Source of the DNA: an uncultured Nitrososphaerota archaeon
GTDB lineage: Archaea > Asgardarchaeota > Njordarchaeia > Njordarchaeales > Panguiarchaeaceae
Reading direction: 5' to 3'
Assembly: GCA_964636085.1 (NCBI GenBank)
Contig: CAZWPQ010000019.1
Location: 1 to 39,340 of the forward strand
Length of the DNA: 39,340 nt
A program made the position numbers and the translations under genes. The notes below the pieces were generated by a model. That model did not search any database. It worked only from the letters and a program-made list of their open reading frames with translations, and was not told the DNA's origin. Positions 13,841 to 24,054 of the stretch are shown here, piece by piece; the stretch's first letter is position 1, and every line of letters starts with the position of its first letter.

Positions 13841-14751
13841 TCATCAATATGAGCTAGACCTACTAACCGATTTATGTGACTTAGGTTATTTTCTTTAAGA
13901 TATCTCTCAATCCCCTGTAGAATCTCCCTAAAGACATTTAGCCCCTTTTCTCCAATTATACTTCCTATCTGCACGGCCCTCGCTCCCGCCAATATAAACT
14001 CTATAACATCTTCCCAAGACCAAGCCCCCCCAGAGGCTATTATGGGTATATCCAGTACTTCATATGCTTCGTATACACACGATACTGCAATTGGATGTAT
14101 CGCTGGTCCCGATAATCCTCCATATTTATTGGATAGCACTGGCTTATGTATCCACACATCTATCCTCATGCTTCTTATCGTATTAATGATTACAACCCCA
14201 TCAGCTCCAGCAATTTCGGCGAGCTTTAATAGATTCGTGAGACGTGGGCTATATCCAAATTTTGGGAATATTGGTATATCAACCTCCTCTTTTATGCTCC
14301 TGATCAATTTAACTACGAATGTTCCATCATGCCCCAGCTCCATACCCATTCCTCTTACATGCGGACATGATAGATTCAGCTCTATTGCATCAGCACCGCA
14401 ATCTCTACTTTTCAAGGCCAATCTTAAAAATTCATCTATAGTCCTGCCCGCGATACTCACTATCGTCGCTATATTATTGCTCTTCAAGAATCTGACGACC
14501 TTCTCTATATATTCGATCCCGGGATTTTCAAGACCTACAGCATTGATGTATCCACAGGGAACACCAATAATAATCGGGGATATATTCCCCTCTCTCTTTT
14601 CAACAGTAAATGTTTTTGTTACTATAGCCCCCGCTCCTTCCTCCCAAGCCCTCCTATACAGAAGTGGATTCGACCCAACCACACCCGAGGCCAGCATAAG
14701 AGGATTCCTTAGCTTTATTCCCGCTATTTCTACATCTAACACTTTAGTCAC
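13837..14751 (-). CDS. pyrD: Dihydroorotate dehydrogenase, class 1 catalytic subunit
   Basis: LRNPLMLASG, NAVGLENPG, ELNLSCPH, INT, GGLSGPAIHPIA, and AGARAVQIG. Confidence 0.93.
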   Translation of the reverse strand: MTKVLDVEIAGIKLRNPLMLASGVVGSNPLLYRRAWEEGAGAIVTKTFTVEKREGNISPIIIGVPCGYINAVGLENPGIEYIEKVVRFLKSNNIATIVSIAGRTIDEFLRLALKSRDCGADAIELNLSCPHVRGMGMELGHDGTFVVKLIRSIKEEVDIPIFPKFGYSPRLTNLLKLAEIAGADGVVIINTIRSMRIDVWIHKPVLSNKYGGLSGPAIHPIAVSCVYEAYEVLDIPIIASGGAWSWEDVIEFILAGARAVQIGSIIGEKGLNVFREILQGIERYLKENNLSHINRLVGLAHIDD

Positions 14752-15887
14752 CCAATATATTTACTCTTAATTATCTCGTGGCCTCCATACTTATACCATA
14801 TTGCGCATGCGCCCTCTGAAGATACCATACATGGACCTATGGGTCTCTGTGGCGTACATGCCTTCCCGAAATATGGGCAATCTGTAGGCTTAGCAAGACC
14901 TAGAGTAATATCAGCACATTTGCATCCTGGTTTTGTGTCTATTGATTCTCCTATCTTCACATCGTATCTCTTTAATGCGTCCATATGGGCATATTCTTCT
15001 CTTAGTTCCCATACACTGTTGGGAACAATACCAATGCCTCTCCAGGGACCATCCACTACACAAAACGCTTTTCTCAAAAACTTTTGCGCTACGACATTTC
15101 CTTCCCAAGTCACAACCCTACTATATTCATTCACCAACTTTGGAGAATTATCACGTATTTGCTTGAGTATCTCGTAGATCGCGATCATTACATCCAATGG
15201 TTCAAATCCAGCAACGACTATGGGGACACCAAAGTCCTCAGCTACGAACCTCCATGCCTTAGCTCCAGTTATTGTTGATACATGACCAGGGGCGATAATG
15301 CCACCAATATCTCTTCTACCGGACTCTAGAATATACCTCATTATTGGTACTGTTATCCTATAACTCATCAACAATTTTAAGTTATCTGGAACCATCCTCC
15401 TGACTACATGTGAAGCAACAGTTGGAGCAGTTGTTTCGAACCCTACAGCAAAAAAGACAAAATCCCTATCCTTCTCCTTCCTTGAAATCTTTAATGCATC
15501 ATAGAAACCATATACTACCCTAACATCGCCACCACTACTTCTAGCCTCTGCCAAGGAAATTTTTGTTCCAGGTACCTTATACATATCTCCATATGTCAGT
15601 ATAGTGGCCATCCTTGAGATCTCCACTGCTATGTCTATGTTCCTAGCAGGAGTAACACATACTGGACATCCCGGCCCAGGGATTAATTCCAGTCCATCTG
15701 GCATTAGTGATCTTAGCCCATAATACGTTATTGTAAACTCATGCGTACCACAGAAATTCATTACTTTTAGTCCTCTTGGATGATTATTCCTTATTCTGCC
15801 CCACAGACGCTGTATTTTTTTGGCAATGCTTATTACTAGTCCCCTATCCCTGAGTCTCCCCAACATTTTCCCGATATCCATATCCAC
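14748..15887 (-). CDS. hypD: Hydrogenase maturation protein HypD
   Basis: CGTHE, GPGCPVCVTP, GFETT, PGHVS, GFEP, and the C-terminal Cys cluster PIGPCMVSSEGAC. Confidence 0.97.
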   Translation of the reverse strand: MDMDIGKMLGRLRDRGLVISIAKKIQRLWGRIRNNHPRGLKVMNFCGTHEFTITYYGLRSLMPDGLELIPGPGCPVCVTPARNIDIAVEISRMATILTYGDMYKVPGTKISLAEARSSGGDVRVVYGFYDALKISRKEKDRDFVFFAVGFETTAPTVASHVVRRMVPDNLKLLMSYRITVPIMRYILESGRRDIGGIIAPGHVSTITGAKAWRFVAEDFGVPIVVAGFEPLDVMIAIYEILKQIRDNSPKLVNEYSRVVTWEGNVVAQKFLRKAFCVVDGPWRGIGIVPNSVWELREEYAHMDALKRYDVKIGESIDTKPGCKCADITLGLAKPTDCPYFGKACTPQRPIGPCMVSSEGACAIWYKYGGHEIIKSKYIG

Positions 15888-16012
15888 ACCAACGATACAT
15901 CACTTACTCCTACCGAATTCCATGAAATTGTATCCATAAATACATCATATAGCATTCCTCCACCAAGTACAAAACGCACTACTACTCAATAGAAACAATA
16001 CTATATCAAAAG

Positions 16013-16086
16013 TGGGGCCGGCGGGATTTGAACCCACGACCACGGGAGCCCGAGTCCCGCATGCTGCCAAGCTACACTACGGCCCC
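16013..16086 (-). tRNA. tRNA-Pro (anticodon CGG), intronless, CCA not encoded
   Basis: Acceptor stem GGGGCCG/CGGCCCC-A, anticodon arm CGGGA-CTCGGGC-TCCCG, T-loop GGTTCAAATCC. Confidence 0.96.
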
Positions 16087-16317
16087 AACTGACGCCCTAG
16101 CCATTAATTTGCTATCCTACCATATAACCCAATAAAATCTCCATTCTTAAAAAAGGTTATGTTTGACCTTAATAACTACTATTAGTCCCGTTCACGACGT
16201 TTTCCCTACATTAATAGTAGTTGGGTGAGCCATCAGGTCATTCTAATTAGTACTGCTATTAAAATAGCTCAAGATTTGGGTTATGGGCATAATCATGGAC
16301 ATTCGCTTTATCTGTGG

Positions 16318-17385
16318 CTAATATGTATACACGTGTATTTTCCTAAACATTTTTATTGCTTCTCCCCTTGCTTTTTTATACCACCTGTCTGACTTTATTT
16401 TCTTGGACAGAATATACTCTGCAAGGCGGTAGAGATTTTTCTTGATTATTTTATCGGCCCTTTCCTTGGCGATTTCTCCTTTGTCCATAGCGGCTAAGGC
16501 TTCTTGTATCTGTTCACGTATTTTATATGTTTCTTCTTCGGCATGGTTAATCGTTATTGGTGGGTCTAGGTATCCCTCAAATATGAACTTTCTTAGGGCC
16601 TCGTAGATTCTCCATGATACTGGATCTCTTATTGTTCTCCTAAAAATTTTTATCGCATATTCTCTCGTTTCATCCATTCTCCACTTAAGAGTTCTCTGCT
16701 CAACATCCTTGTAGCTTCCCCTTTTAGGATCTTTGAAGACAAAACCTTCCCATGCCTCTCCATGACATGTATGGAGAAAACCCTCCATTCTTTTAGCCAA
16801 CAAATCTGGCTCTACCTCCCATTCGGTAGGAGAAAACATTATTCCATACTCATCCGCAATTCTTTGTACATGTCTTATGTCTAGAAACAACTGATGTTCG
16901 ATGTCAAAAACGTCAAACAGGAGATATCCAATATCCCCACCAAGATATTTTCTCCAGTATTCCACACACAGATGGACAAGGCTTTTAGGGCCCACGAGCT
17001 CCCCAAATAGGACATATCTTCCTCCTCGAGTAGCTTCCAATAGCCTTTCCTTGAGCTTAGAATCGATTAGATAGGCATACGGTTTCCAATCTAACAAAAA
17101 CCCTCCACGGCTAACCGCGATTAACACATCATTAATGCTATATATTCGTATGTTGCTCCCATTCGCTTTCCACTGAGCTATCCAATCCCTTGGGACATCT
17201 GGTTTTATTGTTTCCTCCCTGATAAGTTTGACGGGTTTTATCTCTGGGTATGGCGGAATCCTCACTTCTCTGTCATCGATCCTAATAATTAGCGTTCTTC
17301 CCATTCTCCCAATACTTATTTGCTCGATTCTTTGCTCAATATATTTCCACGTGTTCATATTCGAGGGGGTTATTGGAGAGCCCAT
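16318..17385 (-). CDS. ATP-dependent RNA ligase, Pab1020/Rnl3-like
   Basis: Nucleotidyltransferase motifs I (KANG), Ia (SRGG), III (FGELVG), IIIa (LFDVFD), IV (EGFVFK) and V (LKW); upstream YPEIK. Confidence 0.82.
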   Translation of the reverse strand: MGSPITPSNMNTWKYIEQRIEQISIGRMGRTLIIRIDDREVRIPPYPEIKPVKLIREETIKPDVPRDWIAQWKANGSNIRIYSINDVLIAVSRGGFLLDWKPYAYLIDSKLKERLLEATRGGRYVLFGELVGPKSLVHLCVEYWRKYLGGDIGYLLFDVFDIEHQLFLDIRHVQRIADEYGIMFSPTEWEVEPDLLAKRMEGFLHTCHGEAWEGFVFKDPKRGSYKDVEQRTLKWRMDETREYAIKIFRRTIRDPVSWRIYEALRKFIFEGYLDPPITINHAEEETYKIREQIQEALAAMDKGEIAKERADKIIKKNLYRLAEYILSKKIKSDRWYKKARGEAIKMFRKIHVYTY

Positions 17386-17489
17386 ATTGGGTCACTTTTC
17401 CTTACTACACAATTCGTTTCACAAAAAATAAAAACCAGCATGTATTGGATAAAAAGAGTTTTTTACTCTAATTTTCTATTACAAATACG

Positions 17490-18035
17490 GTGATATTGTT
17501 GGATCTCTTCGAGGCTATTAAGAATAGAAGAAGTATTCGGGCCTATAGGCCAGACACCATTCCTGAGGAAGACCTTAAAAAAATTTTGGAGGCCGCCACA
17601 TTGGCACCATCTGCAGGGAACCTTCAACCATGGGAATTCATAATAATACGCAATTCAGACCGTAGGAGAAGGATAGCCAAAGCGGCATATGGACAGACAT
17701 TTATCGCGGAGGCCCCAGTGGTTATTGTAGTATGTGCTAATTTGGATCGAACAGCATGGAGATATGGGAGGAGAGGGGAGACTCTATACTGCATTCAGGA
17801 CACTGCTGCCGCCATTATGAATATGATGCTTGCAGCCTATGCACTTGGTTATGGTACATGTTGGGTTGGAGCATTTGATGAGGAGAAAGTAAGCAGAATA
17901 ATTGAAGCTCCGGATCGTGTAAGGCCTGTTGCTATAATCCCCCTTGGGGTCCCGGCTGAGAGTCCTAGAATGCCTAGCAGGTTACCACTCAGTGAGGTCG
18001 TACATTTGGAGAAGTATGGTGCTAAATGGAAATAA
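17490..18035 (+). CDS. Nitroreductase family flavoprotein
   Basis: RRSIRAY, APSAGNLQPWEF, QDTAAA, and LGYGTCWVG. Confidence 0.95.
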   Translation: MILLDLFEAIKNRRSIRAYRPDTIPEEDLKKILEAATLAPSAGNLQPWEFIIIRNSDRRRRIAKAAYGQTFIAEAPVVIVVCANLDRTAWRYGRRGETLYCIQDTAAAIMNMMLAAYALGYGTCWVGAFDEEKVSRIIEAPDRVRPVAIIPLGVPAESPRMPSRLPLSEVVHLEKYGAKWK

Positions 18036-18056
18036 TGCTGAAGTTTTGTTGGGTAT

Positions 18057-18836
18057 TTGTACTTGGGGTCTCTAGACGATTTTATAGATGCAAAACCAAC
18101 TGATAAGTACCTTATTTTTGAGACGCCAGATAATGGAGAGATCGCAGAGTTTATCAGAACAAATTGGAGGAGATATGTCATCATCATTTTTGCGCATTCT
18201 AGGGTGCAATATGAGGGGCGGGCTAGATCAAAGCTTTCTTGGGATGACCACCTCATCATTCTTAAGCCTGATGGAACACTTCTCATCCATGGGCCTTCGA
18301 AGAGGGAGCCGATAAATTGGCAGCCGCCCGGATGTGTATTGACTAGCTATGTTAAGGATGAATATTTGATTATCAGAAGTAGAAGAGAAAGACCTAGAGA
18401 GATCGTTATAATCGAGTGCGATTGTGTATATGTGCTCCTAGCTGTCAATACAAAGAAGGGACTATTCCATATGTTTAAAACGGAGTCACAAATGGTAGAT
18501 TATGTTATCAGGAATCCCGAATTCATAGAGGAGGGGTTTATACCTGTTGCCCGTGAATACCAAGCACGATTCGGATTGATTGATTTATTGGGCAGGGATA
18601 AGGATGGAAACATTGTTATCTGCGAATTTAAGAGAAGAACCGCGGAAGTACAACACGTTGCACAACTCGCATTGTATAGGGAGACATTCCCTAGAGCCAA
18701 GAATGTTAAGGTTAGGGGGATACTTATAGCTCCCGACATAACCGATAACGCTCTCATCGCATTAAGAGAGAAAGGATTGGAATTCAGAAGACTTGACCCC
18801 AACATGCTACGTGACTTCAAACCTAGAAAAAAATAG
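18057..18836 (+). CDS. nucS: Endonuclease NucS/EndoMS
   Basis: YEGRARS, KPDGTLLIH, PINWQPPG, REY, IDLLGRD, EFKRR, QLALY, and RGILIAP. Confidence 0.95.
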   Translation: MYLGSLDDFIDAKPTDKYLIFETPDNGEIAEFIRTNWRRYVIIIFAHSRVQYEGRARSKLSWDDHLIILKPDGTLLIHGPSKREPINWQPPGCVLTSYVKDEYLIIRSRRERPREIVIIECDCVYVLLAVNTKKGLFHMFKTESQMVDYVIRNPEFIEEGFIPVAREYQARFGLIDLLGRDKDGNIVICEFKRRTAEVQHVAQLALYRETFPRAKNVKVRGILIAPDITDNALIALREKGLEFRRLDPNMLRDFKPRKK

Positions 18837-19062
18837 GTTTTTTGACCCCTAAAACAATCTTTAACTCTCTAAAATAGTTAGTTGATTAGGGGAATTTTAC
18901 TGAAAGACTATGTCCAACATAAAATCAACTGGATGCTCGTATTATTACTTAATTATGAGTTTAAGCTACATGAAATTTGTTCTCCTTCTGCTGTTGTATT
19001 ACTTTTTTTTGTCATACATTTTTTATATTACAAACATATATAGTATAAAGGGGTGATTACGT

Positions 19063-19317
19063 ATGTCGATGGTGGTTGTGTCAGTTAGAATACCTAGAGA
19101 GCTGAAGATGAAAGCGAAGAGTTATGGTATTAAGATATCGGAGGTTCTACGTAGGGCTCTAGAAGAGGAGATTAGAAGATTGGAAATGGAAGAGATTAGG
19201 ACTTTATTGAACAGGTTTAAGGAAGGAATGAAAGAAATTAGCAGGGAGGATATTGTTAGTGTTATTAGAGAATCTAGGGAGGAAAGAAGAAGTATCTGCT
19301 TGATGCAAGTGCGTTAG
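19063..19317 (+). CDS. RHH antitoxin (VapB/CcdA-like)
   Basis: VVVSVRIPRELK...ISEVLRRALEEEIRR...IVSVIRESREER. GGGGTGA RBS. The C-terminus appears to be read-through past a lost stop. Confidence 0.85.
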   Translation: MSMVVVSVRIPRELKMKAKSYGIKISEVLRRALEEEIRRLEMEEIRTLLNRFKEGMKEISREDIVSVIRESREERRSICLMQVR

Positions 19318-19436
19318 TGGAACTTTTTTTAAGTCTAGAAGCGAGGGAGTTGATTTATATATTGCGTGAATGTTGCATTTTGGACTTAACAATTTACGAG
19401 TTTTGTAATATCTTATGCTTAGACAAGTTATTCTAA
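19287..19436 (+). pseudogene. VapC/PIN toxin N-terminal remnant with no start codon
   Basis: Translates as (K)KYLLDASALVELF...ILDLTIYEFCNILCLDKLF*, which contains the PIN motifs LDAS and YExxN. Confidence 0.8.
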
Positions 19437-19512
19437 AAAACCATAATTTGTGATTTCGGAAAAGGAATACACTGTAGAGCCAGTATATATCCTTTCATAA
19501 AGGATTTTGATT

Positions 19513-19842
19513 CTATGATTCATTCGAGCCTTTGGGTCGTGAGGCTATACTCAAGAATTCATCTACATGGAGGACATCAATCCCAAATACACTCTTGGCA
19601 TTAGTATACATTCCCGGGTCTTCCGTCACCAGAACTAGATTTTTGCTCTCGGCTACATAGATATATGCAACATCATAAGCGTTCATGTAATGTTCTAGCG
19701 ATTTCTTCATTCTGACTTCGAGACAGGTCCACTGGCCTATAATTCTGATTATGTTTCTAGAGATCATCTTCTCAAGAAGTTTTGCTCCAATAATAGCTGT
19801 CTCTTCGCTTATCTGTTTCCTTATCTTCACAAGTTTCCACAA
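19513..19842 (-). pseudogene. VapC/PIN toxin C-terminal remnant
   Basis: LWKLVK...MNAYDVAYIYVAESKNLVLVTED; the N-terminal catalytic Asp strand is missing. Confidence 0.8.
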
Positions 19843-19898
19843 GGATTTAGTATCCCTCTATAATCGCATAGATTACCCTCAATAGTAGTCACGTCTCA

Positions 19899-20735
19899 CT
19901 ATTTTTGTCCCCTGATACGCTCCATTTTCTGCTTTATCACATTCATCCTTCTCCTAATCTCATTCATTAGGCTTTTCGGTTTATATAGGGCTGCCACATC
20001 CCTAGCAATTCTCCCCTCCACAAAAAGAGATGTAACGGCACTTGCATAGATTACTGATTCTACTATATCTTGGCATTCTTGATACTTCACAAAAGTGATC
20101 GTTGTGAAGAAATCTCCCGCACCAGTTGGATCGCCCATAGCTGGATATGTAGGTACAAATATGTCATTCCCCCAGTACAGGATTCTGCTTCCCTCCGAAC
20201 CATATGTTATTATTACTAGTGTATTAGGTATTTCTTTCATTACGCCGAGTTCTTCGGCGGACACATGTACTAGCCTTGCCTTGTCTAGGATTTTTATCAA
20301 TCTATCCTCTGGTTCCCTTAAAAAGACCCTGTAATTCTCATCAGTCGACCTAATGAAGCCCTGTATATCCACGACGCACGGTATTTTTCTCAGTATTTTA
20401 TCTACGACACAAAGGTCAAACTCATTAAATACTGGGCTTATTATACACGCAGTTATATCACTTGGAATTGCAATATCCACGATCTTGGTTGGTTTGGCCA
20501 ATAGTTTCGATATTCTCCTATCCCCTATATACTCATGAGCAAATACTGGGCCATCTGCAATTATGAACTCCCCTCTTGGTTTATCCCACTCATACTCTCT
20601 GGGCATAACTCCATAGCAATAGTATTCTATGTCGAGAAACCTAGAGGCTATCGAACAATAAAGCGCAGGGCCGCCTGGTTTTTTTGTATGGTCTATATAA
20701 TCGATTGTTAAGGAGCCCAGAATAAGTATCTTCAT
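19899..20735 (-). CDS. PfkB/ribokinase family carbohydrate kinase
   Basis: GSLTID...PGGPALY, VVDIQG, ITYGSEGS, and DPTGAGDFF. Confidence 0.9.
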   Translation of the reverse strand: MKILILGSLTIDYIDHTKKPGGPALYCSIASRFLDIEYYCYGVMPREYEWDKPRGEFIIADGPVFAHEYIGDRRISKLLAKPTKIVDIAIPSDITACIISPVFNEFDLCVVDKILRKIPCVVDIQGFIRSTDENYRVFLREPEDRLIKILDKARLVHVSAEELGVMKEIPNTLVIITYGSEGSRILYWGNDIFVPTYPAMGDPTGAGDFFTTITFVKYQECQDIVESVIYASAVTSLFVEGRIARDVAALYKPKSLMNEIRRRMNVIKQKMERIRGQK

Positions 20736-23035
20736 TTATCCGCCCCCTCCATAGCTAATGCCATATAGATTTGTCCTAGGGATAATCCCCCATCACCCGC
20801 AGGCACCATCCTATTTATTCTTACTTCTGCACCACTGCCCTCCCTTATCCCCCTCACGATATAATCATTAACACTGGCACCCCCTGATATAAAGACTACC
20901 TGATGATCGGTATATCCCAAATACTTTGATGCAATCTCCCCCAATTTTAGTCCCAAGTAGTATTGTATTGTCTTTGCAATTGAGCACCCATCAGCCTCCT
21001 TCTGGATAATCCACTCAAATATATCCCTAGTTTCTATGACCCAAGAACCATTGACCTTGCGTATTCCAATATCCAAGTCATCTAATATTTTTCCGCCCCT
21101 GCCATATGCCTCCAACTTTATGGCTGGTTCGCCTTCATATGTTCTCTCAAAACACACCCCAAGATAGGCCGACACACTGTCCAAAACCCTCCCAATGCTG
21201 GAGGTACGTACGCATCTATCATGTTTCGATAGCTTTATCACAATGTCGAGTTCTCTTGTATCTCTAAGTCCCCTAGTCAAATTGTTATTCAATATTATCC
21301 TCCTGATTTCGCCATCACTTAGAAATGTGCTTAGGATCCCTATAAGCATCCTGACGGGATACTTTGTGGCTTTATCACCACCAGGCATTGGTTGATATTC
21401 CAGATGGGCAACCCTCTCTAGTTCATGTGGTCTACCGAAAAATATTTCCCCTCCCCAAATATTGCCATCTTCCCCATAGCCAACGCCATCTATGGCTATA
21501 CCAACAATTTTTTCTTCTGGCTTTACTCCGTTTTCGGCTATGACACTACCAATATGGGCCTTGTGATGCTGCACTAGTATTAGTTTCTGGCCATATCTCT
21601 TGCTCCATTCCTCCGCTATTCTTCTCGTTGTATATGTTGGATGAAGATCAGCCACAAATATTGTTTCCTCAAGTCTAATTCTGTAGGAACGTAGGAGAAA
21701 TCCCAATGCCTCCTCGAGAAAGATGATATTGTCTAGATTATCCATGTCTCCTAGAAATTGCGTCAAAATAACCTTATCCTTGAATCCTAGCGCTGCCGTA
21801 TTTTGTAGTTCAGCCCCAAACGCCACAATACTCTTACCAGTATTCAATGGGATTCTTATCCATTCTGGAGCGTATCCCCTGGCCCTTCTTATCATAGTTA
21901 TTTTTCCATCTGTAAATCTAACAACACTGTCGTCCACACGGTTGATTATTTTTCTATTGTGAACAAGAAAATAGTCCACAAAATCTCCAATCTCTCTCAT
22001 TGCACTCTCAATGGTGGTACATATGGGTTTATTTTTCCTATTCCCGCTCGTCATTATTAAAAACTTATCGTGAGTCGAATTCAACAACAAGTAGTGTATT
22101 CCTGAGTAGGCAATCATTACTCCTTGCTTGTCTAAGCCCGGTGCGACATACCCCGATATGCCACTATTCTCCTTCTCTGGAAGCAAAACTATCGGCCTTC
22201 GGGGAGATGTTAGTATTGATGCTGCATGGCTATTTATATATACGAGCTTATCAGCTATCTCTAAATTTAGAGCCATTATCGCAAAGGGTTTCTGGGGCCT
22301 TTTTTTCCTTTTTCTCAGCTTTAGCACTACCTCGTCATCGGTTGCGAGACTAGCGATATGAAAACCCCCTATACCCTTTATAGCGACTATATATCCCTCG
22401 TCTATTAGTTTGGCGGCTTCCACTATGGGGTTATTAGTATGTATAGACTCCCCATCGCTCGTAATCAGCCACATCTTTGGGCCACAGATTGGGCATGAAA
22501 TTCCTTGTGCATGAAATCTTCTAATATTCTTTGGATCCCTATACTCATTAAGACAAAGCTCACAGAGGGGGAATTCATGCATCGACGTATTTTCTCTGTC
22601 ATATGGTATCCTCTTCATTATTGAGAATCTTGGGCCGCACCAAGCACATGAATGGAAAGGATAGCTAAAAAATCGAGATTTTGTGTCCAAGATTTCCCTA
22701 AGACAATGATCACATATGGCAAAATCTGGAGGTATCTGGGAGTGTATTTTTGCCTCATAAGTACTAGGAAGTATATTAAACTTGTCGAAGTTTTTTATAT
22801 CTGCGTCTTCTACGAACATATAGTCTATTCTAGCAGGTGGTGGTGCTTCCAAACGTATTTTTGATACAAACTCCTTAATAGCCTCATGTTTACCCTCAAC
22901 ATGAATTTCTACTTCTGAACCACCAAGATTTATAACGTATCCCTTCAGTCCGTATCTTTTCGCTAGCCTATATATGAAGGGTCTAAAACCCACGCCCTGT
23001 GTTATTCCAGCCACAATTATTCTCTTGGCATACAT
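20732..23035 (-). CDS. hypF: Carbamoyltransferase HypF
   Basis: Acylphosphatase motif GITQGVGFRPF, two Zn fingers (CDHC...CAWCGPR; CELC...CPICGP), KGIGGFH, QHHKAH, DGVGYG, and PAGDGGLSLGQ. Confidence 0.97.
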   Translation of the reverse strand: MYAKRIIVAGITQGVGFRPFIYRLAKRYGLKGYVINLGGSEVEIHVEGKHEAIKEFVSKIRLEAPPPARIDYMFVEDADIKNFDKFNILPSTYEAKIHSQIPPDFAICDHCLREILDTKSRFFSYPFHSCAWCGPRFSIMKRIPYDRENTSMHEFPLCELCLNEYRDPKNIRRFHAQGISCPICGPKMWLITSDGESIHTNNPIVEAAKLIDEGYIVAIKGIGGFHIASLATDDEVVLKLRKRKKRPQKPFAIMALNLEIADKLVYINSHAASILTSPRRPIVLLPEKENSGISGYVAPGLDKQGVMIAYSGIHYLLLNSTHDKFLIMTSGNRKNKPICTTIESAMREIGDFVDYFLVHNRKIINRVDDSVVRFTDGKITMIRRARGYAPEWIRIPLNTGKSIVAFGAELQNTAALGFKDKVILTQFLGDMDNLDNIIFLEEALGFLLRSYRIRLEETIFVADLHPTYTTRRIAEEWSKRYGQKLILVQHHKAHIGSVIAENGVKPEEKIVGIAIDGVGYGEDGNIWGGEIFFGRPHELERVAHLEYQPMPGGDKATKYPVRMLIGILSTFLSDGEIRRIILNNNLTRGLRDTRELDIVIKLSKHDRCVRTSSIGRVLDSVSAYLGVCFERTYEGEPAIKLEAYGRGGKILDDLDIGIRKVNGSWVIETRDIFEWIIQKEADGCSIAKTIQYYLGLKLGEIASKYLGYTDHQVVFISGGASVNDYIVRGIREGSGAEVRINRMVPAGDGGLSLGQIYMALAMEGADK

Positions 23036-23046
23036 ATTCTAAGCAC

Positions 23047-24054
23047 TTAGCATATTCGGGGAGTCAGCTCCCCCGTCAACTTTTCCACAATCCTATATCC
23101 ACCAACTAAAGTCTCCATTATAACATAGCCAGGTCTCTCCTTCTTAACTTCCCCTATTATAGTAGCGTCCTTATACCCTGCGTCTCTCAGAGCATTAACC
23201 ATTTCCTCCGACTTATCAGGATCCACCACTAATACTACCCTCCCCTCACATGCCAGATAAATTGGATCCATACCCAACATCTCCATGAGAACCCTAACAT
23301 TTTCGCGCACGGGAATATTGGACTCCCTAATCCATATAGACACCCCACTTTTCTCAGATATCTCATTCAGCGCCATAGCAAGCCCTCCTCTTGTAGGATC
23401 CTTGGCTGCATGTATACCACCTATTCTCTTAGCTATTCTCATTATTGGAAGGACTGATGCACAATCAGATATAAGCCCCTCTGAGTGTGGATCAAGCCCA
23501 TATTGAAACGCTGTAATGACAGCACCATGATCCCCCACAGTACCACTAACTATAACATGATCACCTGGTTTTGCACCGCTATCAAGGATTGGGGGGCCGT
23601 CTAGAACTCCGAAAACAGTGGTGGTTATTACTACTCCATCAAGATGATCCTTCGGCATTACCTTGAAGTCCCCAGACACTATCCTTATATTCTCTGACTC
23701 AAATGTTTCGATCATTGACTTAACGATTCGCTTTAGATCCGTTATTGGAAAACCCTCTTCTACTATAATACTGTCCAATGCAAATTGGGGCATTCCCCCC
23801 ATTACGGCAACATCGTTGATTGATCCTGCTGCTGCGAGTTTTCCTATGTCTCCTCCGGGGAAAAATATTGGTTTTACCGTATATGTGTCTGTTGAAATAA
23901 CTATCGCATTATAGTTGCGCCTAATTATTGCCCCATCATCGAATTCCTTCAAACCTATTACGTCCTTATCATCAAACTTTGCATGAGAGAAAAGAGTATG
24001 TATGATTTCCAGCATTTCCTTTCCTCCCGACCCATGTGCAAGCGTTATCCTCAT
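23047..24054 (-). CDS. hypE: Hydrogenase maturation protein HypE
   Basis: HGSGG, FFPGGDIGKLA, DPTRGG, and the C-terminal PRIC. Confidence 0.97.
   Translation of the reverse strand: MRITLAHGSGGKEMLEIIHTLFSHAKFDDKDVIGLKEFDDGAIIRRNYNAIVISTDTYTVKPIFFPGGDIGKLAAAGSINDVAVMGGMPQFALDSIIVEEGFPITDLKRIVKSMIETFESENIRIVSGDFKVMPKDHLDGVVITTTVFGVLDGPPILDSGAKPGDHVIVSGTVGDHGAVITAFQYGLDPHSEGLISDCASVLPIMRIAKRIGGIHAAKDPTRGGLAMALNEISEKSGVSIWIRESNIPVRENVRVLMEMLGMDPIYLACEGRVVLVVDPDKSEEMVNALRDAGYKDATIIGEVKKERPGYVIMETLVGGYRIVEKLTGELTPRIC

Noticed and set aside
14042-14770. 242-aa plus-strand ORF and the other antisense ORFs in the track
   Set aside because: They are antisense shadows of well-supported genes (pyrD and others) and have no motifs.
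15900-15990. Possible C/D box sRNA upstream of hypD (two TGATGTA on the minus strand)
   Set aside because: No matching CTGA D boxes were found.
16013-16060. tRNA-Pro as an integration site for an element splitting the hyp genes
   Set aside because: I saw no duplicate of the tRNA 3' end and no integrase in the window. The tRNA 3' end faces hypD rather than the intervening genes.
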